A stretch of 63,904 nucleotides of DNA, the filler included, from Nemertoderma westbladi (Eukaryota; Animalia; Xenacoelomorpha): NCBI GenBank assembly GCA_032718475.1. It is 3 parts of 3 records of this genome, joined end to end, with 100 filler letters (N's around TTAATTAATTAA, not from the genome) between each part and the next. Parts side by side here need not be neighbours in the genome. Positions count along the whole stretch, not along the records: positions 30,085 to 50,835 come from JAUCBJ010000594.1; positions 50,936 to 63,904 come from JAUCBJ010004317.1; 1 more part is not named here. One strand, written 5' to 3'. The translations under genes and the position numbers were made by a program. Shown in pieces: positions 47,507 to 59,282 of this stretch (positions within the stretch are counted from its first letter, which is position 1; every line of letters begins with the position of its first letter). The notes beneath the pieces are model-generated. The model was not told the origin of the DNA. It did no database searches and saw nothing but the letters and a program-made list of their open reading frames with translations.

Positions 47507-50500
47507 TGTAAAAGCTTCTGTGGGATGTAACTGGCCCTTCGCCCCGCAACCCAGTTTTTCCCCCATACGCTAAAATACTCTGAAACCTACTGTAAAGGTT
47601 TTTCTGGGATATGACTGATTTGTTTTCTTTGCTAACCAGTTCCCCCCTCCAAGGCGTTGGAATCCTTTAGGAGGGATCTGAGCTGTTCGATTGGCCAGCC
47701 GGCTTGGGAAGGTTGCCCCAGTTACCCATAGCCCTGCGTTGAGTTAGTTCTGATTTCGACCAATCCCGAGCTACTGAACTGAAATTATCCTATCTCACTG
47801 CCGATTACATGTGTTGAACGGGATTCTTGGAAAATAAGAGAGCTAAAGTCACGGGACTTTTTGTTATGATTTTGAGACTTTATTATCAGAGTTTTAAGAC
47901 CGTGTTGAGATAGCGAAATGTTTTCTGCCTTTTTGTAAGAACATTAGTAGGCTAAATTATAGAAAGCATAGCTATTATCTTATCAATTCAATTCGACTCA
48001 TTTAATTCATTGATCTCATCACTTGCAATCTAATTGTATCTTAACCTACCGTCATACTGCTTTTACTGTTTGTAATTTTGTATCAGTATAATTGGATGTT
48101 ATTAGTTGAAGAATATCAATAATCAACCCACATTTTCCCAATATCCTTGATACACTACAGGTTAGAGAGAAGGGTTATGTACAACAATTGCGACTTTATT
48201 ATTGTGTTTGTAGTGAATCTAATGTTGTTTGACAGACACTACCTGAGTCCAGTGCATATCTCTTTATACCTGATCAAAGTCAGTAACTGTCGGCATATCA
48301 GTGAGCAGTGTTGTGCGTTACCGGTAGCGTGCGTGATTGTAAAGTGATTGGATCTGATAATAAAGCATTCCTAAAGAATGCGCCCTATGCTTGAAATTTA
48401 AGCCATATCGTTGTGTGTAGTATCAGTCATAACTCTGTTTACATAGGTAGAGCGCCACGTCCTAAAAGGAACTGCTAATATTTCCCGAAAGTGAATAATA
48501 TTTGTCAGAGATTATATATTAGTAATCAATCGAATAATACAGTAGGCTTGACCGCAAATAAATTTAAGCCCACGAATCCAGTCTCCCGGTGTTATAAACG
48601 GGTCATTTGGACGCGCATGGACTGGCTTCGGCTAATGTTTTTGGTTTGTTTTTGTATTAAATCTTGTCATCTTATAAAAGGCAGTTTATCAATAAAGACA
48701 TATAAATTTCGGCAGGTTAAACTGCTGAAGGTCTATAAAAGCGCGTACAATAATAGCTATCGATCTTATTTGCGGTAAGCAATAAGATTGAAAATACCGG
48801 CACTCCAGTAGGTCAGTAGGCCCAACTGTCATAACCGGTACTACTACCGTAGGTCCGTAGGCCCAACTGTCATAACCGGTACTGCTGTGCAAGTACATTA
48901 GTATTATTCGATTTTGATTATTGTATACCGGTAGGTCTTGATACTAAATCGGGGACGCCTGGTTTTTATTGGGATTTTACTTAGGTTTATTTCTGTCAGT
49001 TTTATTTCCTAGTAAGTTAATATTGAGCTGAAGACGTGTAAGTCTGCTCAGATTGTTCAGATCATTGTAGGCTGGACTGTTGTCTGACTGTTGTTAGGCT
49101 TGAAGATTACAGCGTGTGTAGAGAGTCTGATAGGTGCCAGTTAGTAAGTTGGGGCAACTCGTAAGTTGTAAGGTCAACCCCCATAAAGAATAAGCCGCGC
49201 TACCTTATTAGCACGCATACTCACTAACAAGTTTCGGAATCTGCATATACTGTGGTTATTTAGGCTTGATAGTAGTCCGTCAGCGTTTATACTGTACTGT
49301 CTGTATAGTCCGTTCAGATACCGTAATAGTATTATTTAGATATTTTGTAGGCTGGATTGTTGCCTAGCTGTTGTTGGGTCTGAAGAGATTGCCGCGTGTG
49401 TAGAGAGTCTGATAGGTGCCAGTTAGTAAGTTGGGGCAACTCGTAAGTTGTAAGGTCAACCCCCATAAAGAATAAGCCGCGCTACCTTATTAGCACGCAT
49501 ACTCACTAACAAGTTTCGGAATCTGCACATCCTGTGGTTTATTTAGGCTTAATGGTAGTTTGTCAGCATCCGGTTTGTATTTTATTTGAGTATTCTGTAC
49601 GGGTAGCGTAATATTTATTATTCAGAGTTTATGCGATTACTCGCAACATTCATGTCCCCAAGTTTATTCCTACAGTAATTGTGTTTGTTATACATACCGT
49701 TATAGTTAAATTAACCCCAGTACTACACGGGCTGCTTGGCGTAGGTAAAGACTGGTGACTCAGTGCCCCGGTCACTCCAGCAGATGCTGTGGTTCTTTTA
49801 ACTGTTCAAGTATATTTAACTACTGGTTATCTGTTTTTACAAGTACCTGTACCTAATTTAGGGTTTAGTGTACAGTGCTTTCCGAAAGTAATTAGTGTAG
49901 GCATTATTGTGTTGTAAAGTGGTTAATAGGCACGCTCGTTCTGGTAGACGGCGGTAATTAACTTCTAGGTAGGAACACTCCGTAGATACATAACGTTGTA
50001 CCTATAGCGATACGGCTGTAGGTCGTCAGGCGGTGGTACTTTCCTATCTAGACAACGCAGTATTTACTTCTACTTATTATTTTCAAATACCGTAGTATCC
50101 TGTTCGTTGTAATAGCCAGAAGTTCTAACCCTTTGTTAGACTGGTTAGTAGTTTCCCTGTAAAATTGCCCTAAAAAATTTCTGTACGTAACGTTTTGTGT
50201 GTTTATTAGAGATTGTAATCTCACCAATAGTAAGTAACTAGTAAATAAGTAACGTAGGCCAGTAGAATTATTCTGTTTAGTGTCCCATAAGTAGTACTTC
50301 ACTGAAAGCGCTTAGCTTCTGTGTAGTGGTATTTTGCCGGAAATAGTAACACCTATTTCAATCTTGTAACGAAATCCCTTATCAGGGTATATATATATAT
50401 TATAAATCAACTCCAAAGATTTATAAATCAGTAGGCCTGCCATACAACAAGTAGGTCACAATATCAGTTGGACTACTGCTTGCATAACGGTAACAAAGTA

Positions 50501-50835
50501 AACTCAAGTAACTAAGTAACTTATAATTTCAGAAATTCAATTATCCTAAATAATTGATATACCGGTATTTCTAATAGGTTTATTATATTTATTTCTATAA
50601 ATTTGAACTGAAATCATACCGGTATTCTTTAATTAATTCTAGTAATAATTATACTTATATATACTATAAGTGTCAGCTGTATACCGGTATTTACGATAGG
50701 CCTATTATATATTTATATATATTTGTGCTAAAATTATATACCGGTACTCTGTGACAAACCTAGTCTGTTATACTTATATATACTATAAGTGTATACCGGT
50801 ATCAAGCTAAATTTGATGAGGAAAGACGCATCGCT
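47507..50835 (+). mobile_element. Probable LTR retroelement, copy 1: putative LTR 47507-48443 plus a long leader, internally deleted and cut by the gap
   Basis: Homology with the copy at 59283 begins exactly at TGTAAAAGCTTCTGTGGG. The putative LTR runs TGTAAA to TTTACA with AATAAA at about 48358. It is colinear with 59283-62605. No pol gene is visible. Confidence 0.55.
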
Positions 50836-50935
50836 NNNNNNNNNNNNNNNNNNNNNNNNNNNNNNNNNNNNNNNNNNNNTTAATTAATTAANNNNNNNNN
50901 NNNNNNNNNNNNNNNNNNNNNNNNNNNNNNNNNNN
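50836..50935. other. Assembly spacer N44-TTAATTAATTAA-N44
   Basis: It is identical to the spacer at 29985-30084. Confidence 0.97.
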
Positions 50936-53900
50936 ATATTAAAATCAGGTTTATATTTACATTATTGGGTATTAAAAATCGGTGAGTTTGTTTCATTTGG
51001 GTCCTCGTTCAGAAGTTCATTATGTTTACTGAAATACTGTATGATCCTGTCGTGTTTTTGGTTGAAAGTGATGTTTGAGATCTTATAAGTGTTCCTAATG
51101 AAATTCAAGTTAATTGTCTCCAGGCAGGTTAATTTTCCCATGTCAAGACGAGATGCAATTCTTTTTTTATCAAATCTGGATGTCAGCATTGTCATTAGCG
51201 CCGGCATTGCACACCTACTGCTGGTTAGGTGATAGGCACTGCCGACTCCTTTATATCTCCGTCGTTTATTCAGTTGCATGGTGATAAGTAGGGTGGTTTG
51301 AACCGGTGGAATGGGACATTTATATATGTTGATTAAAGTCCCTATGGCATGAGTTAGGGCCAGGTTAGAAAGTGAGTTGGAGTTAAATAGGTTGTAAATG
51401 GTTGTGTTGTTTACGTACGTCCCCAGGGATAGTAGTCCCCGAAGTTGTTTGCGGTAATGCACCTCCAGATGATGTATTTGTGTGTCTGACATCCCTCCTA
51501 TGTAGAACTTAAGACCATATAGGATGGCAGGTATGGCAACCATTCTCCAGAGGTAAGCCACGGTGTCGATGTCCAGGTTTCGTACTGACCATCCATTTTT
51601 ATGGAAAGCTCCAGCTATCGCGGATATCACCCTGATGCATTTGCTTGAGAGATTATTGAACTTGTTTTTGGTTATTTCCACACCCAAAAATTTAATTGAG
51701 TCTGACTCAGGGACCAGTACACCATTAATTTTGATGAAAGTTGTGGGAGATTTTTGTGATGTGTGCATCCAGTTGGATTTAGAGGGTTCAATTTTCAAGT
51801 TTAAGGTGTTTGCTTCTGATATCGCGATGCTAACCATTGACTCCATGTCTGATTGAGTGGTAGTTAACAAAATTATGTCATCAGCGTAACATAGTGCTCC
51901 TAACCATGTGGATGTAATCCAACAACCTAGTCCAGACTCCTCTATTTTCGTGAGAATATTGCAGGTGTAGATATTAAAAAGTGTTGGTGATAATAGTGAT
52001 CCCTGTTTCACCCCCTTATAAATTTCAATTGGACCGTCATAAATGATTCCGTTAAACTTGAGGTATATCATGGAGACAGAGTAGTAATCAATGAGGGTTA
52101 GAAGTATGTGAGAGTTAATTTTGCCTTTCAATTTATTGAATAAAATGTTGTGGTTTACTTCGTCAAATGCAGATGATATATCGAGTTTGCCAATGTAAAG
52201 CGGTGATCCACCCTGATTGAAATATTCCATACATTCCAGTATACAAGCAATCACCATGTCAGTCCCAGCCTTTTTTTTGTATCCACATTGGTAGTTACTT
52301 GTGAGTCTCTGTGTGTTGACCTCTGTGAGGAAATTATTCAGTACAGTGTACTCATATACCTTTGCGAGTAGGCTGACAATGGAAATTGGTCGATACGAGT
52401 TCGGTTGTAATGTATTCCTCTTGTTGCCCTTGTAGATGTACGTTGTGGTTGTCTTTCCAAATGTTGTTGGAACCTTACCAAGCCGGAAGCAACAGTTGAG
52501 TATATTACTTAGTAGGAGTGTTGCTTTGTCTGGATCAGTATGGAGCAGGTGTTCAACCGTCAGGGAGTTTATATCTGGAGACTTTCGCCTGGCCAAGTGC
52601 CTCACCGCTACTTTAATTACATCTGGTGACACTGTAGGAATGCTCTCCTGTTGACTCAATTTTAGAACTTCCATTCTAATTGTGTCCGTTTGTGTTTTAC
52701 TATTTGTGCTGTGGTTCATGTTAGCCGAACAGATATGTGAGTTTGTTATCGATTCCTGTACGGATCTCGGTATTCTTTGCGGCCCTTTCTTCTTGAAGAA
52801 GTCCCAGAACTTGTGTGGGTCATGTCTATGGTTCATTGCAGCATGTCGTAAGTTGTGCTGTATCTTTTCCTTTGTGATTGTGTAACCGACGTATGAGTTT
52901 CTTTGCCTCCTTGAATGTTTCCCATTTTTTACCTTTGGCGGGAGCGTTTGTTTCAGAGTTCCAAATATTAAATAAGTCTTTTGTTGTTTTCGTTCTTTCT
53001 TTGAGTGTCTTCGACTGTATCCATGTCTTTTTAGACTTTTTTATATCTACCCTCCTAAGTTTCGGTATGTGATATGATGCTGCTGTGTTTAAAATTTGTT
53101 CAAGATCGCATGATACAGAGTTGAGGTTTTCCTGTGTCCATGCCAGACTATCCAGTCCATATTTCAGACTAAGGTTCTGCAGACCTTGGTCCACCTCTTG
53201 TTTGTAATCTTCTAGATTATTTTTACTTGCTTTGTCCCATTGATGCCTTGAGATAGTTATTGTGGCCTTCTTTGGTATAACATCATCTTCTGATTTGCTA
53301 CCTATCAATATTTGCATCGTAGCATGTATCGGACTATGATCTGATAAATTTTCAACTAGATCCTTTTTTAATATTTTTCCAGAAATAGTGGGAGCCATGT
53401 GGGTTGGAACTACAATATGATCTATGTACGACACTGGATTGTTGTTCCTATAGAATGTGTAGCATGGTCCCGAGAAGGAGTTCCAAGTGTCTACCGCTGC
53501 AAGGTCATTTGATTCTAAAAGGGTACTGAACTGTTTACCTCGACAGGTGGCATTATATCTATTATATCTGTTTCCCTGCATGTCTCCAATGTCGGCATTT
53601 GCATCCATCAACAGTATAGGTATTGAGTGTTGATTCCCATGGAGTATCCCCTCAATTTTTCCTAGGAAGTCATCGTATATAGAATTGGCCTTACTGGAGT
53701 CAGGGCCATAACACGAGAGAGCTGTGTATTGTTGTTCCCTGTTTATAAGGTTAAATGTGGCCCCCACGATATTGTCGCCGCTCTCAACTCTTGTATAGTT
53801 GTGGATGATTGATTTACGTAGGAAGAGCGCTGTCCCTCCAGCTCCTCTGGCGCGGTAGGGGTTACCCATTAAATCACTAGTAAGTGACTCACAGTAGAAT

Positions 53901-53957
53901 TCATTGTGGAATGACATTAGCAGGTCTTTAGACTCAATGTCATTGAGCCAGTGTTCC
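50936..53957 (-). mobile_element. RTE-X-like LINE, copy 1: 5'-truncated APE endonuclease plus reverse transcriptase, one frameshift
   Basis: APE motifs are GAGGTALFL, MDANADIG, SYIDHIVV and NLSDHSPI (52826-53917). RT motifs are SYRPISIVSLLAKVYE, QCGYKK, LDISSAFDEVNH, GVKQGSLLSPTLFNIY and LCYADD (50962-52836). The clade assignment is tentative. Confidence 0.88.
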
Positions 53958-54085
53958 CGGTTCAGGTGTTCGAATCCCGGTCGGGAATTTGCATTTTTGG
54001 GCTATTTATTTTCGCTTTGATTAAATTAGATAAGCCAATGAGGTGCGTACAACATATGGAACGATGAGTTGGGCCAATCATAGGG
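53958..54085 (+). repeat. ~128-bp segment with a tRNA B-box-like motif (SINE fragment), repeated at about 57305-57433
   Basis: GTTCGAATCCCGGTCGGG resembles a tRNA T-arm / B-box. An identical direct repeat lies on the other side of LINE copy 2. Confidence 0.55.
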
Positions 54086-54086
54086 C

Positions 54087-57000
54087 CAAGTAATGGATAT
54101 TATTTATTATATAATATATGCAATATAATATAAGATCATATAAAATGACAAATTACAAATTACAATATTAACAATTATTGTAGACATAAAACCCATAATA
54201 TTATAAGTACAACAATTCAACATCTTAAAATGTGCTAGGCACAGGGGCATTTCATATTAAAATCAGGTTTATATTTACATTATTGGGTATTAAAAATCGG
54301 TGAGTTTGTTTCATTTGGGTCCTCGTTCAGAAGTTCATTATGTTTACTGAAATACTGTATGATCCTGTCGTGTTTTTGGTTGAAAGTGATGTTTGAGATC
54401 TTATAAGTGTTCCTAATGAAATTCAAGTTAATTGTCTCCAGGCAGGTTAATTTTCCCATGTCAAGACGAGATGCAATTCTTTTTTTATCAAATCTGGATG
54501 TCAGCATTGTCATTAGCGCCGGCATTGCACACCTACTGCTGGTTAGGTGATAGGCACTGCCGACTCCTTTATATCTCCGTCGTTTATTCAGTTGCATGGT
54601 GATAAGTAGGGTGGTTTGAACCGGTGGAATGGGACATTTATATATGTTGATTAAAGTCCCTATGGCATGAGTTAGGGCCAGGTTAGAAAGTGAGTTGGAG
54701 TTAAATAGGTTGTAAATGGTTGTGTTGTTTACGTACGTCCCCAGGGATAGTAAGTCCCCGAAGTTGTTTGCGGTAATGCACCTCCAGATGATGTATTTGT
54801 GTGTCTGACATCCCTCCTATGTAGAACTTAAGACCATATAGGATGGCAGGTATGGCAACCATTCTCCAGAGGTAAGCCACGGTGTCGATGTCCAGGTTTC
54901 GTACTGACCATCCATTTTTATGGAAAGCTCCAGCTATCGCGGATATCACCCTGATGCATTTGCTTGAGAGATTATTGAACTTGTTTTTGGTTATTTCCAC
55001 ACCCAAAAATTTAATTGAGTCTGACTCAGGGACCAGTACACCATTAATTTTGATGAAAGTTGTGGGAGATTTTTGTGATGTGTGCATCCAGTTGGATTTA
55101 GAGGGTTCAATTTTCAAGTTTAAGGTGTTTGCTTCTGATATCGCGATGCTAACCATTGACTCCATGTCTGATTGAGTGGTAGTTAACAAAATTATGTCAT
55201 CAGCGTAACATAGTGCTCCTAACCATGTGGATGTAATCCAACAACCTAGTCCAGACTCCTCTATTTTCGTGAGAATATTGCAGGTGTAGATATTAAAAAG
55301 TGTTGGTGATAATAGTGATCCCTGTTTAACCCCCTTATAAATTTCAATTGGACCGTCATAAATGATTCCGTTAAACTTGAGGTATATCATGGAGACAGAG
55401 TAGTAATCAATGAGGGTTAGAAGTATGTGAGAGTTAATTTTGCCTTTCAATTTATTGAATAAAATGTTGTGGTTTACTTCGTCAAAAGCAGATGATATAT
55501 CGAGTTTGCCAATGTAAAGCGGTGATTCACCCTGATTGAAATATTCCATACATTCCAGTATACAAGCGATCACCATGTCAGTCCCAGCCTTTTTTTTGTA
55601 TCCACATTGGTAGTTACTTGTGAGTCTCTGTGTGTTGACCTCTGTGAGGAAATTATTCAGTACAGTGTACTCATATACCTTTGCGAGTAGGCTGACAATG
55701 GAAATTGGTCGATACGAGTTCGGTTGTAATGTATTCCTCTTGTTGCCCTTGTAGATGTACGTTGTGGTTGTCTTTCCAAATGTTGTTGGAACCTTACCAA
55801 GCCGGAAGCAACAGTTGAGTATATTACTTAGTAGGAGTGTTGCTTTGTCTGGATCAGTATGGAGCAGGTGTTCAACCGTCAGGGAGTTTATATCTGGAGA
55901 CTTTCGCCTGGCCAAGTGCCTCACCGCTACTTTAATTACATCTGGTGACACTGTAGGAATGCTCTCCTGTTGACTCAATTTTAGAACTTCCATTCTAATT
56001 GTGTCCGTTTGTGTTTTACTATTTGTGCTGTGGTTCATGTTAGCCGAACAGATATGTGAGTTTGTTATCGATTCCTGTACGGATCTCGGTATTCTTTGCG
56101 GCCCTTTCTTCTTGAAGAAGTCCCAGAACTTGTGTGGGTCATGTCTATGGTTCATTGCAGCATGTCGTAAGTTGTGCTGTATCTTTTCCTTTGTGATTGT
56201 GTAACCGACGTATGAGTTTCTTTGCCTCCTTGAATGTTTCCCATTTTTTACCTTTGGCGGGAGCGTTTGTTTCAGAGTTCCAAATATTAAATAAGTCTTT
56301 TGTTGTTTTCGTTCTTTCTTTGAGTGTCTTCGACTGTATCCATGTCTTTTTAGACTTTTTTATATCTACCCTCCTAAGTTTCGGTATGTGATATGATGCT
56401 GCTGTGTTTAAAATTTGTTCAAGATCGCATGATACAGAGTTGAGGTTTTCCTGTGTCCATGCCAGACTATCCAGTCCATATTTCAGACTAAGGTTCTGCA
56501 GACCTTGGTCCACCTCTTGTTTGTAATCTTCTAGATTATTTTTACTTGCTTTGTCCCATTGATGCCTTGAGATAGTTATTGTGGCCTTCTTTGGTATAAC
56601 ATCATCTTCTGATTTGCTACCTATCAATATTTGCATCGTAGCATGTATCGGACTATGATCTGATAACTTTTCAACTAGATCCTTTTTTAATATTTTTCCA
56701 GAAATAGTGGGAGCCATGTGGGTTGGAACTACAATATGATCTATGTACGACACTGGATTGTTGTTCCTAGAGAATGTGTAGCATGGTCCCGAGAAGGAGT
56801 TCCAAGTGTCTACCGCTGCAAGGTCATTTGATTCTAAAAGGGTACTGAACTGTTTACCTCGACAGGTGGCATTATATCTATTATATCTGTTTCCCTGCAT
56901 GTCTCCAATGTCGGCATTTGCATCCATCAACAGTATAGGTATTGAGTGTTGATTCCCATGGAGTATCCCCTCAATTTTTCCTAGGAAGTCATCGTATATA

Positions 57001-57304
57001 GAATTGGCCTTACTGGAGTCAGGGCCATAACACGAGAGAGCTGTGTATTGTTGTTCCCTGTTTATAAGGTTAAATGTGGCCCCCACGATATTGTCGCCGC
57101 TCTCAACTCTTGTATAGTTGTAATGTGTGTGAGTTGTGAGTGTGAGTTGTGATGATTGATTTACGTAGGAAGGGCGCTGTCCCTCCAGCTCCTCTGGCGC
57201 GGTAGGGGTTACCCATTAAATCACTAGTAAGTGACTCACAGTAGAATTCATTGTGGAATGACATTAGCAGGTCTTTAGACTCAATGTCATTGAGCCAGTG
57301 TTCC
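54087..57304 (-). mobile_element. RTE-X-like LINE, copy 2 (near-identical tandem duplicate)
   Basis: It is offset by about 3.32 kb from copy 1 and has the same 5' truncation and the same APE/RT frameshift. It carries an extra 1-bp insertion at about 54752 and a ~28-bp GT-rich insertion at about 57121-57150. Confidence 0.9.
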
Positions 57305-57455
57305 CGGTTCAGGTGTTCGAATCCCGGTCGGGAATTTGCATTTTTGGGCTATTTATTTTCGCTTTGATTAAATTAGATAAGCCAATGAGGTGCGTACAAC
57401 ATATGGAACGATGAGTTGGGCCAATCATAGGGCATAGAACATCTTATTGCTCCAA

Positions 57456-57780
57456 TGTGAGGCCATGGAATGCTCTGGAAGGTTCTAGCGGATTCTATGT
57501 CCCAGATTTGCTATATAAGGGCTGGTTTGCCTTCGGTTATCGCTTATCCTTACACTTGTTATTTTTAACATTTCTCCATTCATTATTATTATTATCATTT
57601 CATTCATTAGTAAATTTGGTAAATAAATCTTTTGTAAATTACGTAAATATACTGTAAACTTTGAACATGTATATTTCTATTTGCCCACCACTGGGACAGC
57701 CAAGCATTTGGAGGATGGCTGCCTAGACCGTTAGGCCGTCAGCAATGCAGGGAAGATATCCACAACACGCTAGCGCCCAC
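57456..57780 (+). mobile_element. Possible short LTR (TGT...ACA, about 312 bp) followed by a degenerate primer-binding site
   Basis: It begins TGTGAGG and has TATATAA at about 57512 and AATAAA at about 57622. It ends CCACAACA at 57767 and is followed by TAGCGCCCAC, similar to TGGCGCCC. No second LTR is visible. Confidence 0.35.
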
Positions 57781-59282
57781 ATTAGATTAGCCCGCGCAGC
57801 CCCTTCACCCCTTCGAAATATTCCACCTTGCCATGCAGCGCCCGATTCAGAGGAAGGTAAGACTTTGTTTGATGCCCTTGCCCGCCGTAAGACCTATAGA
57901 TCAGGGTAAGCGTGACGCCGTCCTGGGACGCCGCAAAATTTAGGATCAAATAGCTAGATACAGACAGGAACCAGTACTGCAAGTCCCTGGATTAACCTGT
58001 ATTCCCTACAGGTGTGACCTATTGCCGTTCGTCAGTACGCGAGTACATATTAGGTACAGACAGCATATGTTCCATAATTTAGTGACTTGCAATACTGACA
58101 CTTCGGTACCGGTTTGCTTTGTAGTTTATACATTAGTACCCCCCCCCCCCCCCCTGCCTGAACCCACGTTATTTGATCCGGCATGGAGTATTTCTGCTAC
58201 AGGCACTCGCTTGGCCTAGGGAGGTTTATTAATATCCTACCGCGCCTTTCCACGTACTGTTAGGTATTGCTGCTAACCACTGTGGCAACAAAATTCTAGA
58301 ATCAAATTGTATACCAGATCAGCTAACGTACGGTAGCAGTTAACCCCTATTTCTTATCTTACAACCAGAATCTGGTATTTGTGCCGATCACGGGTATAGT
58401 TACTAACACCGTAATTGCCCGGTTGAATGGTGGATAGGAAGGAGAGAGCTTTGATGTCATTTTGTAAGTATAAAGTTCTACAGAGCGCGACTAGCTTATT
58501 TTCGTAGCTAGCGCACGGTATTGTTTCGGTCAGAAAATCACTAAAACCTAGTAAAATGGAATACACCAAAATTGTTTTATTTGTAACACTCCCACACACA
58601 CACGCCCTAAAACATATGTACCCTTAGAGCTCTACTAGTTGTAGCTTACTTTAGGTTACTCTCAGGCAGAATCTATTTGTAATTTACTATTCGTAGTTTG
58701 TAAATTTAGGATCTGCTATTTAGTTACGGCAAGAAGGAGTATTTACTTATTAGACTGTTGTTTCTGTAGCCAGCAGTAGTGTTACATTAGGTACGACCCC
58801 CCTTTAGACTGATTTAGTACTGGTCAGTATTGTTACGCTAGTCTGTTAATCCACTAGCTCGTATATAAACCATATAAATCACACCGCGGCAAGTTTACGG
58901 TATTTAGGTCCGTTAGCGATAGTTAGGATTCGCTGCGCGGGGATTGTTTTCCCGTAAGTTTGGTCTGTTAACGTAGACTGTACATCTGCCTCACCGGTTA
59001 GAGGACAGGCATCCTTTTGTCTAGTTCGTCGGGCATTTGAATCGCTCACGTACTTAGAATAGACACCAGGCTCTGCTCCTCGTCAGTAGTTGTTCGCGTA
59101 CTTGTATCTGTTTATTTAGACACCCTGGACTTGGATTTATTACCAGATACTGTACGAGCCCGTATACATTACTAGATCTTACGGTAAGATACATCGTTAC
59201 TAGGATCCGGTAAGCGGTATACTACTGGACTTTTCAGTAGGAAATATTCTATAGCTTCATATTAGTAGATTTGTAGGCCGTA

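Noticed and set aside
52826-52890. Programmed frameshift between the APE and RT ORFs, shared by both LINE copies
   Set aside because: The copies descend from one insertion, so a shared frameshift is not independent evidence. APE and RT are normally one ORF, and a mutation before the duplication is the simpler explanation.
53960-53990. tRNA gene suggested by GTTCGAATCCC (also at about 57315)
   Set aside because: Only the T-arm / B-box is present, with no A-box, D-arm or acceptor stem. It is treated as a SINE fragment.
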